From Mobula hypostoma (taxonomy: Eukaryota), in contig NC_086108.1 of NCBI RefSeq assembly GCF_963921235.1, positions 73,596,001 through 73,660,000 of the forward strand: a stretch of DNA of 64,000 bases, given 5' to 3'. Shown here in pieces: positions 12,841-24,420 of the stretch. Below the pieces are notes generated by a model, which worked only from the letters and a program-made list of their open reading frames with translations, made no database searches and was not told the DNA's origin. The position numbers and the translations under genes are program-made. The first letter of the stretch is position 1. Each line of letters starts with the position of its first letter.

Positions 12841-13654
12841 ACCACTTCTTGACTGTATTTGCCAGCAATTTAATAATTGACATCTTGTTGAGACCATCAA
12901 TGCTATGCATGCAGAATAGGGGAGCATCCCAGCTTCTGGCAGTCATTGTGGAGGAAAAACTGTCTTTAATAAAAGCTGATGCTAAAATATAGTTACCCAG
13001 GAATATTTCTTAACAATATAGCTGCTAGTTTAATACCAATCTTTAGTTCGGAGCACTACTAATGGATGTCTGTTAGTTATTTCTGCAAGGGAAATGGAGA
13101 ACGGAGGCCAATAGTAAACAATTAAACCCTAAGGTTTCATTCTGTCTCTCTACCAGGTACTTTGTTATCACACTCACATTGAAAATGACATTTGAAGAAA
13201 TTGCTTCAGATACATATTCACATGAGAGAAACAGATGGCTCAGAATGTTACAATAAAGTAAACATCAAGAGATTCCACAAACAGTATAACCTGCATTAAC
13301 AAATGTCACTCAACTTCACAACAACATTTCAAAATCTCAGTGCATGCCACCCATTTTAATGTTCATTAATCTTGAAAGTTAACTTTCTTCAGCTCAAATT
13401 TAGCCCTGTAAGAGTCTGGCAAAACAAACAAGGAAAGAGATGGTCTTCGGACTCTCAAGGCAGATATTTAGAACATCAAAGATTTAAATAGAGAGGGTCT
13501 AGTCTGATAAACCTTTCACAGATAAAGGACATTGTAAGACTGCAACATAGTTTATTTGAAATCTCAGAAAGCTTTTGATCAGATGAAAGGATCCTAACCA
13601 AATTGAAAGCTACACAAATCCAGAGAGAAAATAGCATCAGATGAGGAGTTAGTT

Positions 13655-16600
13655 GGTGGTGGTTATGGCATCCGTTAGTCTCACGAGACCATGGATCTGC
13701 GCCCGGAAAGTCTTGCCTCAGTCTGTGTTGGTAGAGCAGCATCTGTTGTGACTGTAGAGGCCCACACGGGAGTGACAGTCTCGGCTGCAGCGAGTACACT
13801 TGAAGGCGCTGTCCTCCAGTGTTGTCTTGGTGCTGTTTTTCCGACGAGTGCGCTTTTCTTCAGCAGCAAGCCTCAGCTTCTCTTCTCCCCTTTTTAGACC
13901 TCTGCGTAGTTCCAGCCTCCAGTGAGAGCGATCGCTTGCGATGTCCTCGCACCTCTCGACATTCATTTCCAGTGACTTCATGTCTCTCTTGCAAACGTCT
14001 TTGAAACGAAATGGGGCCGCCCTTGTGCTCTCTTGCCGGAGGCCAGTTCCCCGTACAGCAGGTCTTTCGGGATCCTCCTGTCTGACATGCAGTGTACGTG
14101 GCCCAGCCAGCGGAGATGGCGTTGTTGGAGCAGGGTGAAGAGGCTGGGTATCTGGGTGCGGGCCAGGACCTCACTGTTGGTGACTCGGTCAGTCCACGTG
14201 ATGTCCAGGATGCATCTCAGGCTGAGAAGGTAGAAGGCATTGAGACACCGCTCGTCTGTAAGTAGAAGCTCCAGGTCTCGCTGCCGTAAAGCAGTGTGCT
14301 GAGGACACAGGCCCTGTCGACTGCAAATTTGGTGTGCGTCGTCAGCTTTCTGTTCTCCCAGACTCTCTGTCAGTCTGGCAAATGTTGAGGCTGCTCGTCC
14401 GATCCGTCTGTTGATCTCGGGGTCTAGGGAGAGACTTTCGTGATGGTGGAGCCAAGGTATGTAAACTCGTGAACTACCTCCAGCTTGTAGTTGTTGATGG
14501 TAACGGCAGGGGGGTGCTCAACGCCTTGGCCCAACACGTTGGTTTTCTTCAGGCTGATGGTCGAGCTGAAGTCCTGGCAGGCTCTTGAGAAGCTGTCCAT
14601 GAGGCGCTGCAGTTGCTCTTCAGAGTGTGTTGCCAGTGCCGCATCATCCGCAAACAACATGTCCCTGATGAGTACTTCACGAACCTTGGTTTTTTCCCAT
14701 CAGCCGGGACAGACTGAACAGCCTCCCGTCCACTCTGGTGTGGAGGTAGACACCATCAGTTGATGTTCCAAAGGTGTGCTTCAGCAGGACTGCGAAGAAG
14801 ATGCCAAACAGGGTGGGGGCAAGCACACAGCCCTGCTTCACACCGCTGCGGATGTTGAAGGCCTCCGAAGAAGAGCCGTCGAACTGAATGACGCCCTTCA
14901 TGTCTGTGTGGAATGACTGAACTATCCTGAGGAGCCTCAGGGGACAACCAATCCTGGCGAGGATTTTGAACAGGCCCGTCTCTGCTCACAAGGTCAAAGG
15001 CCTTCGTAAAGTCAATGAAAGCGACGTAGGGTGGTTGTCTTTGCTCTCTGCATTTCTCTTGTAGCTGTTGAAGGGAGAAGACCATGTCGATTGTAGAGCG
15101 TTCTGACCTGAAACCACATTGAGACTCGGGATATACCCTTTCGGCTATTTCCTGCAGTCTGTTCAGGACCACGCGGGAGAAGACCTTCCCAACAATGCTC
15201 AGCAAGGAGATTCCCCTGTAGTTGTTACAGTTGTTTCTGTCCCCTTTGTTCTTATATATGGTGACAATGTTGCAGTCTCTCATGTCTTGCGACACTGCTC
15301 CCTCTACCCAGCACTGGCACAGTAGTTCGTGCAGGTGGTTTAGCAGGATGCCCTTTGCGCATTTGATGGCCTCTGGTGGAATGCCATCCAATCCTGGTGC
15401 CTTCCCAGTGGGCAGGCTGTCGATGGCTTTACTCAGCTCTTCGGTAGTCAGCAATGCACCAAGTTCCTCCATGACAGGCAGGCATTCCACGGTGTCTAGC
15501 GCGCTGTCCGAGATGCTGTTTTCTCTGGAGAGGAGTTCAGAGTAATGCTGCACCCGTCTCTCCATCTGCTTGCCTTTGTCATTGATGGTCTCACCTGTTA
15601 TGGTTTTCAATGGTGCTGTCTTGCTCTGGGTTGGCCCAATGGCTTTCTTAATCCTCTGGTACACTCCACCGATGTTCCCTGTGTCAAATGATGACAGAAT
15701 GCTTTCGCATAGTTGTAGCCAGTAGTCATTTGCATGGCGTCTGGCTGTTTTCTGGGCCTTGTTTCTTGCTGTCCTTAGCGCTTGCAGTGTTGCCTGGGTG
15801 GGGTGGCATTTGTGCTCTAGTAGTGCAACACGCCTCACCTTGATGGCAGCGGTGAGCTTACTTGAGCTCGCTTCAAACCAGTCCTGTGTCTTGCCCCATT
15901 TCTTCCTGAAGGCCGTAAGTGCAGTGCTGTGGATAGTGTCCCTGAGAGAGTCCCATCTCTGCTGAGCATCTCCTTCTGGTGGGTCTGCAAGGACAGCATC
16001 CTCCAGTGACTTGATGAACTCTGCAGCTTTGTCTGGGTGTTGTGTCTTACTGGCATCGATGCGCTGTTTGCCTGGAGGCTTGGCACAGTGCATCTCCTTC
16101 GGCCGAAGTCTGATCTTGCAGCAAACCAGAGAGTGATCCATGTCGCAGTCGGCACTCTGAAAGGAGCAAGTCGTGAGCACGTTTCTCAGGTGATGACATT
16201 TTGTGATTATCAGGTCTCGCTGGTGCCAGTGTTTGGAGCGGGGATGTCGCCAGGACACTTTGTGCTGAGCTTTGGTCTGGAAGTAGGTGTTGGTGACACA
16301 CAATTCGTGGAGCATGCAGAACTCGAGCAGTCGTTGCCTGTTGTCACTCATGCTGCCAATCCCATACCGCCCCAGGCAGCTTGGCCAAGAGTCGTGGTTG
16401 GCGCCCACTCTGAAGTCACCAAGTAGCAGCAACTTGGTGACGTTGAGGGTCGTAGAACTTGTCCTTTGTGTCTTGTGTAGAGTAGAGAGTTGGGGCATAA
16501 ACACTGACAAGGTTGACAGGCCCGTCGGATGTGTAGAGTCGAAGTGAGAAAATCCGCTCCATCCTTTTCTCGCTAGGCTCTACCATCTTCAGCAGTGAGT

Positions 16601-19600
16601 TCTTCACGGCAAAGCCGGCACCATGTTCTCTGGTCTTGTCTGAGCCCTTCCCCTGCCAGAAGAAGGTATAGTCTCTTTCACGAAGGGTTCCCGATTCTGC
16701 GAGACATGTCTCTTGAAGCGTTGTGATGTCCACTTGGAGTCTCGACAGTTCATTGTTAATCACTGCTGTCCTGCGTGTGTCGCTGATCTTCTGAAGGTCA
16801 TCTGATATATCAGTGGTCATGGTCCGTATATTCCAGCATCCTAGTCTGAGTGCTGGCTTCTTTCTTTGTCTTCTAGTTGTGCTTGGTGCAGCGTTCACAG
16901 TCCGCAGTTCAGGCTACTTGTATCCCTAAGCCCCACGCACCCAGAGGAGCGGGCGGACTGCGGCGGGACAGCACCTAATTGGCTGGGGGCTGCCCAGCTT
17001 GAGGTGGGCGGTAGCTGTCCAGTGAGACATGATGGTCTCTCCCTCCGTCGAAAGCAGCCCCTGGCACCTTGCTCTACGCCAGTTGAGCGCAGGCTTATAA
17101 CCGATAGACTGCTGCTTTCCGTGTTATGCCATCGCGGTGAGGCGACGCTGGAATGTCCTCTCCAGGGCGCAGGCCTGGGCAAGGTTGTATGGAAGATCAG
17201 CAGTTGCCCATGCTGCAATTCTCCCCTCTCCACGACACCGATGTTGTCCAAGGGAAGGGCAAGGGCCGATACAGCTTGGCACCAGTGTCGTCACAGGAGG
17301 TGCCAGAATGAGGTTGAAGGCAACGTCAGACTGCCTCAGGGACTCCAGCACTGGATTTGTCCTCAGGGTTTACTCCCGAAGTCTTTCCCATCAGCAGGTA
17401 TGACCACAAGGCAGCGGAGGTTTGAAATCAGAGTTTTCCCTCTCTTAGATGGACTGCCCTCCCAGGCTGATGAGCTCCATCTACCCAAAGCACTGGTTTT
17501 AAGGGGCGAGGACCCGCCTTCGCTCCTTCTCCTGTCAGTACAAACAGTTTATTTTAATTTCAAAATATACTTTATTCAAAAATAAATATATACAATAAAC
17601 CATTCAATAACTTTTCATCCTTTACATACGTTTCCATTATAGTCAGTACATATCCGTATTTATAGCCACCCACGTGGCACTGCAGTAGTTCAGCTTACCA
17701 TATCATTGTTGAGGGGTATACTCCCCGCCCACCGACCACCCCCCCCCTCCCACTCCCACGGGTGGAGAAACTCATACTGTGGCCCTTGCGGTGGCTGCAC
17801 CGAGTTTCAGTGCGTCCCTCAGCACGTACTCCTGCAGCCGAGAATGTGCCAGTCGGCAGCATTGTCCCACGGACATCTCCATGTGCTGGTAGATCATCAA
17901 GTTTCGGGCCGACCAAAGAGCATCTTTCACCGAGTTGATGATCTGCCAGCAGCACCGGATGTTGGTCTCCATGTGCGTCCCCGGGAACAGCCCGTAGATC
18001 AGAGAGTCCTCTGTTACGCAGCTGCTGGGGATAAAACGTGACACTAGCCCGTCCATCCTCCTCCACACCCTCTTTGCGAAATGGCAGTGTGCAAAGAGGT
18101 GGGTCACAGACTCCTCCTCACTGCAGTCCTCCCGCGGGCAGTGGGGTGCGGAGACGACGTTCCGGGTGTACAGGAGGGCTCTGAGTGGGAGGGCCCCTTG
18201 GTGCCTGTTGGTGAGATCTTGCGATGAGGCATTTTGCCAGATGAACTGGACAGTCTGCTCAGGGAACCACCCCACTGTGTCCATCACGTCCTTCTCCTGC
18301 AGTGCCTGCAGGACACTACGTGCCGACCACTGCCTGATGGCCCTGTGGTCAAAGGCGTTCTCCTGGAAGAACATTGCTACGTAGGACAGGTATGCCGGCA
18401 ACGACCAGCTGACTGGGACGTTGCGCGGGAGTGGGGCCAGACCCATCCTTCGTAGCCAGGGCGACAGGTAGAACCTGGGCACATAGTGGTACTTGGTGCC
18501 CACATACCTGGGTTCTACACGCAACCTGATGCAGCCACATACGAAGCTGGCCTTCAGGGTGAGGGCGACATTGGGGACGTTCTTTCCCCCGTTGTCCAGG
18601 GACTTGTGCATGACGGTCCATCTCACCCGCTCCATCTTGGATCCCCAGACGAATCTGAAGACAGCCCGGGTGATTTCCAAGCTGTAGGAGCGGGGGACGG
18701 GCCAGACCTGCGCCAAGTACAGCAGCCCTGAGAGCACTTCACACCTGATGACCACACAGTCCCAGTTTCTGTTTCACCTTGGCAGTCCGCTCCTGCCAGT
18801 TCTTGTTGCACGCCTCCACCCCTCCAAACCAGATCCCCAACACCTTCACGTGGTCAGACCTGATGGTGAAGGGGACATTGGATCGGTCGGGCCAGTTGCC
18901 GAAGAGCATGGCTTCGCTCTTCGCGCGGTTAACCCTGGCCCCCAACGCTAGCTCGAACTGTTCACAGGTGCCAATCAACCTGCGAACTGACCTCGGATCA
19001 GAGCAGAAGATGGTGACATCGTCCATGTACAGGGAGGTTTTCACTTGGGTCCCTCCACTGCCTGGCAGCGTCACCCCTCTTATGCCCTCATCCCTCCTGA
19101 TGGCTTCAGCAAAGGGTTCTATGCAGCAGGCAAACAAGACAGGGGAGATGGGACAGCCCTGCCTGACTCCAGACCTGATGGGGAAGCTGTCTGTTTCCCA
19201 CCCGTTGACTTGGACTGCACTATGGATGTCTTTGTAGAGCAGTCTAATCCAATTCCGGATTCCCTCCCCAAATCCCATTTTGGAGAGCACGTCCGCCATG
19301 TACGTGTGCGATATCCTGTCGAAGGCTTTCTCCGGGTCCAAGCTGACCAGGCAGGAATCCACCCCCCTGTCCTGCATGTAGGCGATGGTGTCCCTCAGCA
19401 GCGCGAGGCTGTCTGAGATCTTCCTGCCCGGTACAGCACAGGTTTGGTCTGGGTGAATCACCTGTCCTAGCGCAGACTTGACCCTGTTGGCGATAGCCTT
19501 GGACAGGATCTTGTAATCCACATTCAGGAGAGAGATGGGTCTCCAATTTCTAATGTCCTCCCTTTCCCCCTTCTGCTTGTAGATGAGGGTGATGATGCCC

Positions 19601-19760
19601 TTCCTCATGGACTCAGACATACTGCTGCTGGGCTTAGAGCCTAAGCCACACGAGAAGGCCAGGAGTTGAACTTGGTTGTCAGAGGCATGCCGTGAGGAGC
19701 ACTTTTAGGTAGTGGGAGCTTGTCCCCACTACCACTCCTCGGCTTGACAACCTTGGAACC
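13655..19760 (-). mobile_element. Full-length RTE-clade LINE (single APE-RT ORF, now frameshifted) with a Tx1 insertion in its 5' UTR
   Basis: APE start LRLGCWNIRT...LQET (16898 downward); RT YRGISLLS, FIDFTKAFD, GVKQGCVLAP, LFADD; C-terminal CTRCSRDCHSRVGLYSHNRCC; (ACC)n tail; perfect 11-bp TSD AGGAGTTAGTT at 13644-13654 and 19761-19771. Confidence 0.92.
17550..19624 (-). mobile_element. 5'-truncated Tx1-clade (L1 superfamily) LINE
   Basis: NWRPISLLNVDYKIL, EKAFDR, GVRQGCPISP, LYMDD, CCHC finger CPREDC...HLFAHC; AATAAA plus A-rich tail at about 17550-17576. Confidence 0.9.
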
Positions 19761-22700
19761 AGGAGTTAGTTAGAAAAGGGAATAGTCACAAAGTATGAGT
19801 GCAGACGGCATGGGAGGAAAGGCCTGTAAAGTGTGACAGTGAGAGAAGCTTTTTGTTCCTTTTAAGTTAGATTTTAAAATTAAAAGCCAGTATTTTAACT
19901 TTGACAATCACAGGACATAAAAAGGAAAAGTAGAGATTAATTGGTTAATTGAATTTCATTATGATGGTAGATTCCTGACCTAAGTCCAACTTCCCAAGTA
20001 AATTCCTACATACCACTTATAAGGCCAATCAGAGACATGAATCGTCACTCTAGTAGAACCTGTCCACATGGACTCTTGTTAAATTTGTTGCAGATTTGGT
20101 GGATGGCATATCTATTGGCATGATGCACATTAGCCTCAAGGAAGTGATCTGTCATCTCCACTGGAGAGGGTTACAGTTCACTGAAGCAAACTCCAGCTAA
20201 CAAAATTTTCCGATTGGAAGCACGCCAACATTAGGAACCACAATGACACTAAAGCATTTCTATTATAGATTAAATTAAGGCAGTTCAGAGAGGCTTATAT
20301 AAAAAATGTGAATAATAGTAATAGATTTATCAGACAATCCGTGCCTACTCCATGTGATATGGCAAGGCAGGACATTAGAATAAAGGAAGAACAATGTAGT
20401 ATACATTATTATTCCAAGATCATAAAATATTTACTATAAATACAAATAAAATGCTCAAAATGTAACTCAATGCTAAACCATACACATTAATCTCACATTT
20501 GCTGTTGATTGGAATGGGAATTCATTACTAGTACCAGAAATGTTTAAGTAAGCATTATATAAACATGTGAACATTACTTTTGATCATACAAATAATATTG
20601 TCTAAATGTGATAATAGTACATGCCCACACTTACACAAGACCCAGTTATAACTTAATGCTAACTGTATGTATGCAACATCTATGATAAACATGATGGCTA
20701 TCTTGTATAATCTGTTTAATTCACATTTTATTTATGAGAACTGGTTTACAAGTGAAATATTCTACAGGAAATTACACTACAAAGCCAAATACCAGGAAAG
20801 CAGTCAGAGTATATTCATGGTCTCAATTATTTTCTGCATTATTTTAGCAAGCTATCTGGGATAGTGAGGGGGTCTCCAGATGCCAAGACACTAAATTTTA
20901 ATTTTGTTTTAAGAGTCTTTCCTGTTTGACCTATGTTCTGGAAGCCAGCTTCTGAACCAGATGAGGTGTTAGCCATAGGGAAGGCTTTGTCAGCGCAATT
21001 GAGGTGGTAGGGAGACAAAAATAATTTCTGTACTATTCTCAATGGAAAAATGATGGTATTATGCAGCACTGTAACCCTGCAACAAAGTTCACTTTTAAAG
21101 TCCTTACTCATTACTCCCCAGGTCAATTTTAACTCTTACCTCTCTAAACTTTTGGTTTATGCATATTTTTTGTGTGACTGAAATATTTTGGGAGCATGTC
21201 TCCTAAAATGATCTTAAAGTCTACAAACTGAATTTCATGAAGGGTCTATACTTGTTCCAAATCTCTCAGATATAAAAAATTGCTAAGCTTCTTAATACCA
21301 AAGAATGAAGAGTAATCACATACTGGGAATGCACAGTAATTGCATTTTATCAATGACTGATTTAGGTATTGAAAAGATATGGTCTCGTCTTTAATTTGTG
21401 CTCTTTCTAAGTCAAATAGGCTGCATCCATGGCTTAATTAGCAACAGCGTATGTGAAAAAAGGGTGTACCTTGTTTTAAATGAAGAATTTATCTGGAATG
21501 CTGCCTGTTGTTGATCTCTGCATTTATTTAGTTGCCATCTTTGCAATAAAAGGAAACGCTAAAAGAATTTTTGAAGCCCTGCAGTTATTTGATCAGAATT
21601 GCTGTTCAAGAAAATAGGGCTTTCAGGATACTTTGTAGGTCATTACACACCTTCATTTCAACAGCCTCGATCAATTAGATAGGCAGAGATTTCTTCCCTC
21701 AACTCCAACCAATTATCAGTAAATGCTGCTTGCTATTTTAGTTGAATCAATATTAATGAAGTTTAGAGAAAGCAGCCAGTAGAATGTGTTGCATAAATTA
21801 TTGAAAAACAAATGAAAAGGCTCAATATTGCAGGAGAATTTGCTGTTCTGTCCATGGGTAAATAAAAAGAATGAATAACTGGATGAGATACACTGTATGT
21901 TAGGAAATGCTGATTGAATACTAATTAGGTATTTCTGACACATTCCAAAATATACATTTGCATTTATTTAATTTATATATAAAAAAAGAAGACATTTAAC
22001 CTCCCGAAATTCCCAGCAGCGCACCTTTGTACTTTGTGTATCAATAGCTAATTAAATCAAGTCTATAAACATGACAGAATGTCAATGTAATGCCTTCTAT
22101 TGGTGTCTGCCAGCAGGTCATCACTCTATTTAAATACCACCCAAACACATTATCCATTGTTGTACTTGTTTTGAATTTTTGTGCCATGATTAAACAACAA
22201 CATGTACAGCTTTGAATATGTTATTTTGTGCAGCTATTGCTTTCAAGCACAATTTGTCCAATGTTAACCCATGGAAATCAGATGACATTTCTGATATTTC
22301 ATCCAAGCCTGTGACAGATATTAGGGAAAAGCACTTAAGGAAATTGCTAGTTAATGTAATTTTTAACACTGCCTTTGCAATGAAGGTCAGGTTTTGTCCA
22401 GATTTTGGGAGACACTTTCATCTTAAAGTTACTATTTGCATCTGGGACAATGGAAGGATCCAACTCAACATAAAATCAGAAAAGCTTTACTTTAAGCAGC
22501 TGCCTTTGATTTTTCACTCAAAGCAAGGGAACAAATGAAAGAGTTTACTGAAATTAGGATTGATGCAAATAGGTTGAGAGCACACCTTAAATGAAGTTGA
22601 AGTTGACCTATAATTGGCTGGTGAGCTGTAGGGTGACAATGAGATCAATTTTCAGACATCGTGAGAAAAGCATGAAAATACATTCAATATAGCACTAATG

Positions 22701-23539
22701 TCTGACCATAGGACTCCATTTTACAGCTTTTTCTGGATAAATTTAATCTCTCTGATATCCACGTTGTCTGTAGCAACAGAGAGCTACATAGAAGTTCTTT
22801 AGGATTTGTTTTGCTATTGTGATATTACGTCACATGGACTCTACATCAACATACAATTTGCATATATTACATCAATAAATGTATGAAAGTTTAAATTCCT
22901 GGGTGATTTTAACAAGATGGCAGCCATTAAAAATCTGTGATGGTTGGAATATTTTGGTAAGGCCTAATCGACAAATATTGAACCTTTTTCTTCTTCCAGC
23001 TGAAATTTCTATTCATTGCTCATTTGAACTCACTAATATAGCTCAGTCTCCATCTAGTCATTGTCCTTCTGTTCTGTGACATAATCCCTTGTCTGATGTA
23101 CGTCAGGTATGTAGTGAAATCAAGATACATCAGAAATGCAGAAAATCAGTTACCAACCGAGACTTAGAGACACACAGAGTTTAAGCAGGCCTTTCACCCA
23201 TGCAGTTGAAGCACTAAATGTCATTTGTTTAAAATCTTCTTTCATTTTGTGGAGGAAGATTTATCTCCCAAGAAAGAATCCCAATTGCCTGTTACAAAGT
23301 GGATGCCATACCCAGATATGTGTTCTCATCACTTTTCCTTTAAGATAGCTAGCTAATACTTCACCCAAGCAATAATTTCTTGGGATCACCACATGATCTT
23401 ATATTATCTTTATTCCCAACTTAACATACATACTGTTTCGAGTGAATTGTTGCATATAGTGGCAAGTACAGGATTGCAATAATATCTCCAGGGGTCCATT
23501 AAAATCTCCTATAATTAGGTATGTTCTCTAACTCCAGAA

Positions 23540-24420
23540 ACTAACCATAAGAGGAACATGGGAGCTGGAGATACTCATTTTACTCTCGTGAGTCACATAT
23601 GACATAGTGGTGTAATGACGTTTGCCATTCACATACTTTTACATATAACCTGTAATGAATTATGTAAACAAAGAATACTTAATCCAGTTATATATTTACA
23701 ATATTGCTCTAGTATTACTGAAGTATTAAATACACAACACTCCTCCCTGCTTAGTTTATAAACTCCAACTCAATACGGAATGCATCTCAACATTTTGCAG
23801 TACTCTTCAGTATACTCTATAATACAGCTATGATGTACAGACATCCACAGCATAGTACATTTTAAATTGTCCCATTCAGGCCCAAAGATTTAAGCGCAGT
23901 GGAGGATTTCTTACTCTTGTGGGATAACATCTTTCCTGACAATGGGGGGGAGGGGGGCACTCTACTTGGCAGGTGAGACTTCTGGTTGTGAAACACTCTC
24001 AGGTTCTGGGGCCTCCTCTGTGGCGCTTATAGGAGTTGACTCTGGGACTGCAGGAAGTACTTCTGACAGCTGTGGATGCCTTCAGATGCAAACTCTACTG
24101 TGCAGGAGAGTGGTCCAATTAGGTCCTTAATCTTTTCAAGTATCCACTTTTGGCCACATCTATAGTCTCTCAACGGGACTGCTTGCCTGATGAGCCCCTC
24201 AAGTCGTCTCACTTGTTTAACCTGCATACTCCTTCTACGGTTGGGTTAGAGGAGACCTAAGTGAGAGCCCAGCTGCTGAGTTGTTGCTTGTGGAGTGTGC
24301 TGCAATAATCAGGGAGACAACTTACAAGCTTCTGATTTAGTGTCAGTGTAGTGTGTTCTGCTGGAATACGTACAAGGTGCATTTCTAGAGGAGTACGTTG
24401 AGAACTGACCAGGGAACAGG
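23540..24420 (-). mobile_element. Gypsy-type LTR retrotransposon 3' remnant (integrase C-terminus, PPT, part of 3' LTR)
   Basis: Minus strand encodes ...ERCYPTRVRNPPLRLNL-like pol end. Purine tract AAGCAGGGAGGAG (23752-23740) is followed directly by TGTTGTG (LTR start at 23739). Ends approximate. Confidence 0.6.

Larger units (their letters stand above)
11696..20075. repeat. Long inverted repeat: left arm 11696-~12030; right arm ~13605-13654 plus 19761-20075 (split by the RTE)
   Basis: AATTTACTTGGGAAGTTGGAC, CACTTTACAGGCCTTTCCTCCC and TCCCTTTTCTAACTAACT in the left arm have reverse complements in the right arm. Confidence 0.85.

Noticed and set aside
16866..17585. 239-aa plus-strand ORF
   Set aside because: Antisense to the GC-rich RTE 5' UTR, no recognisable domain; likely chance.
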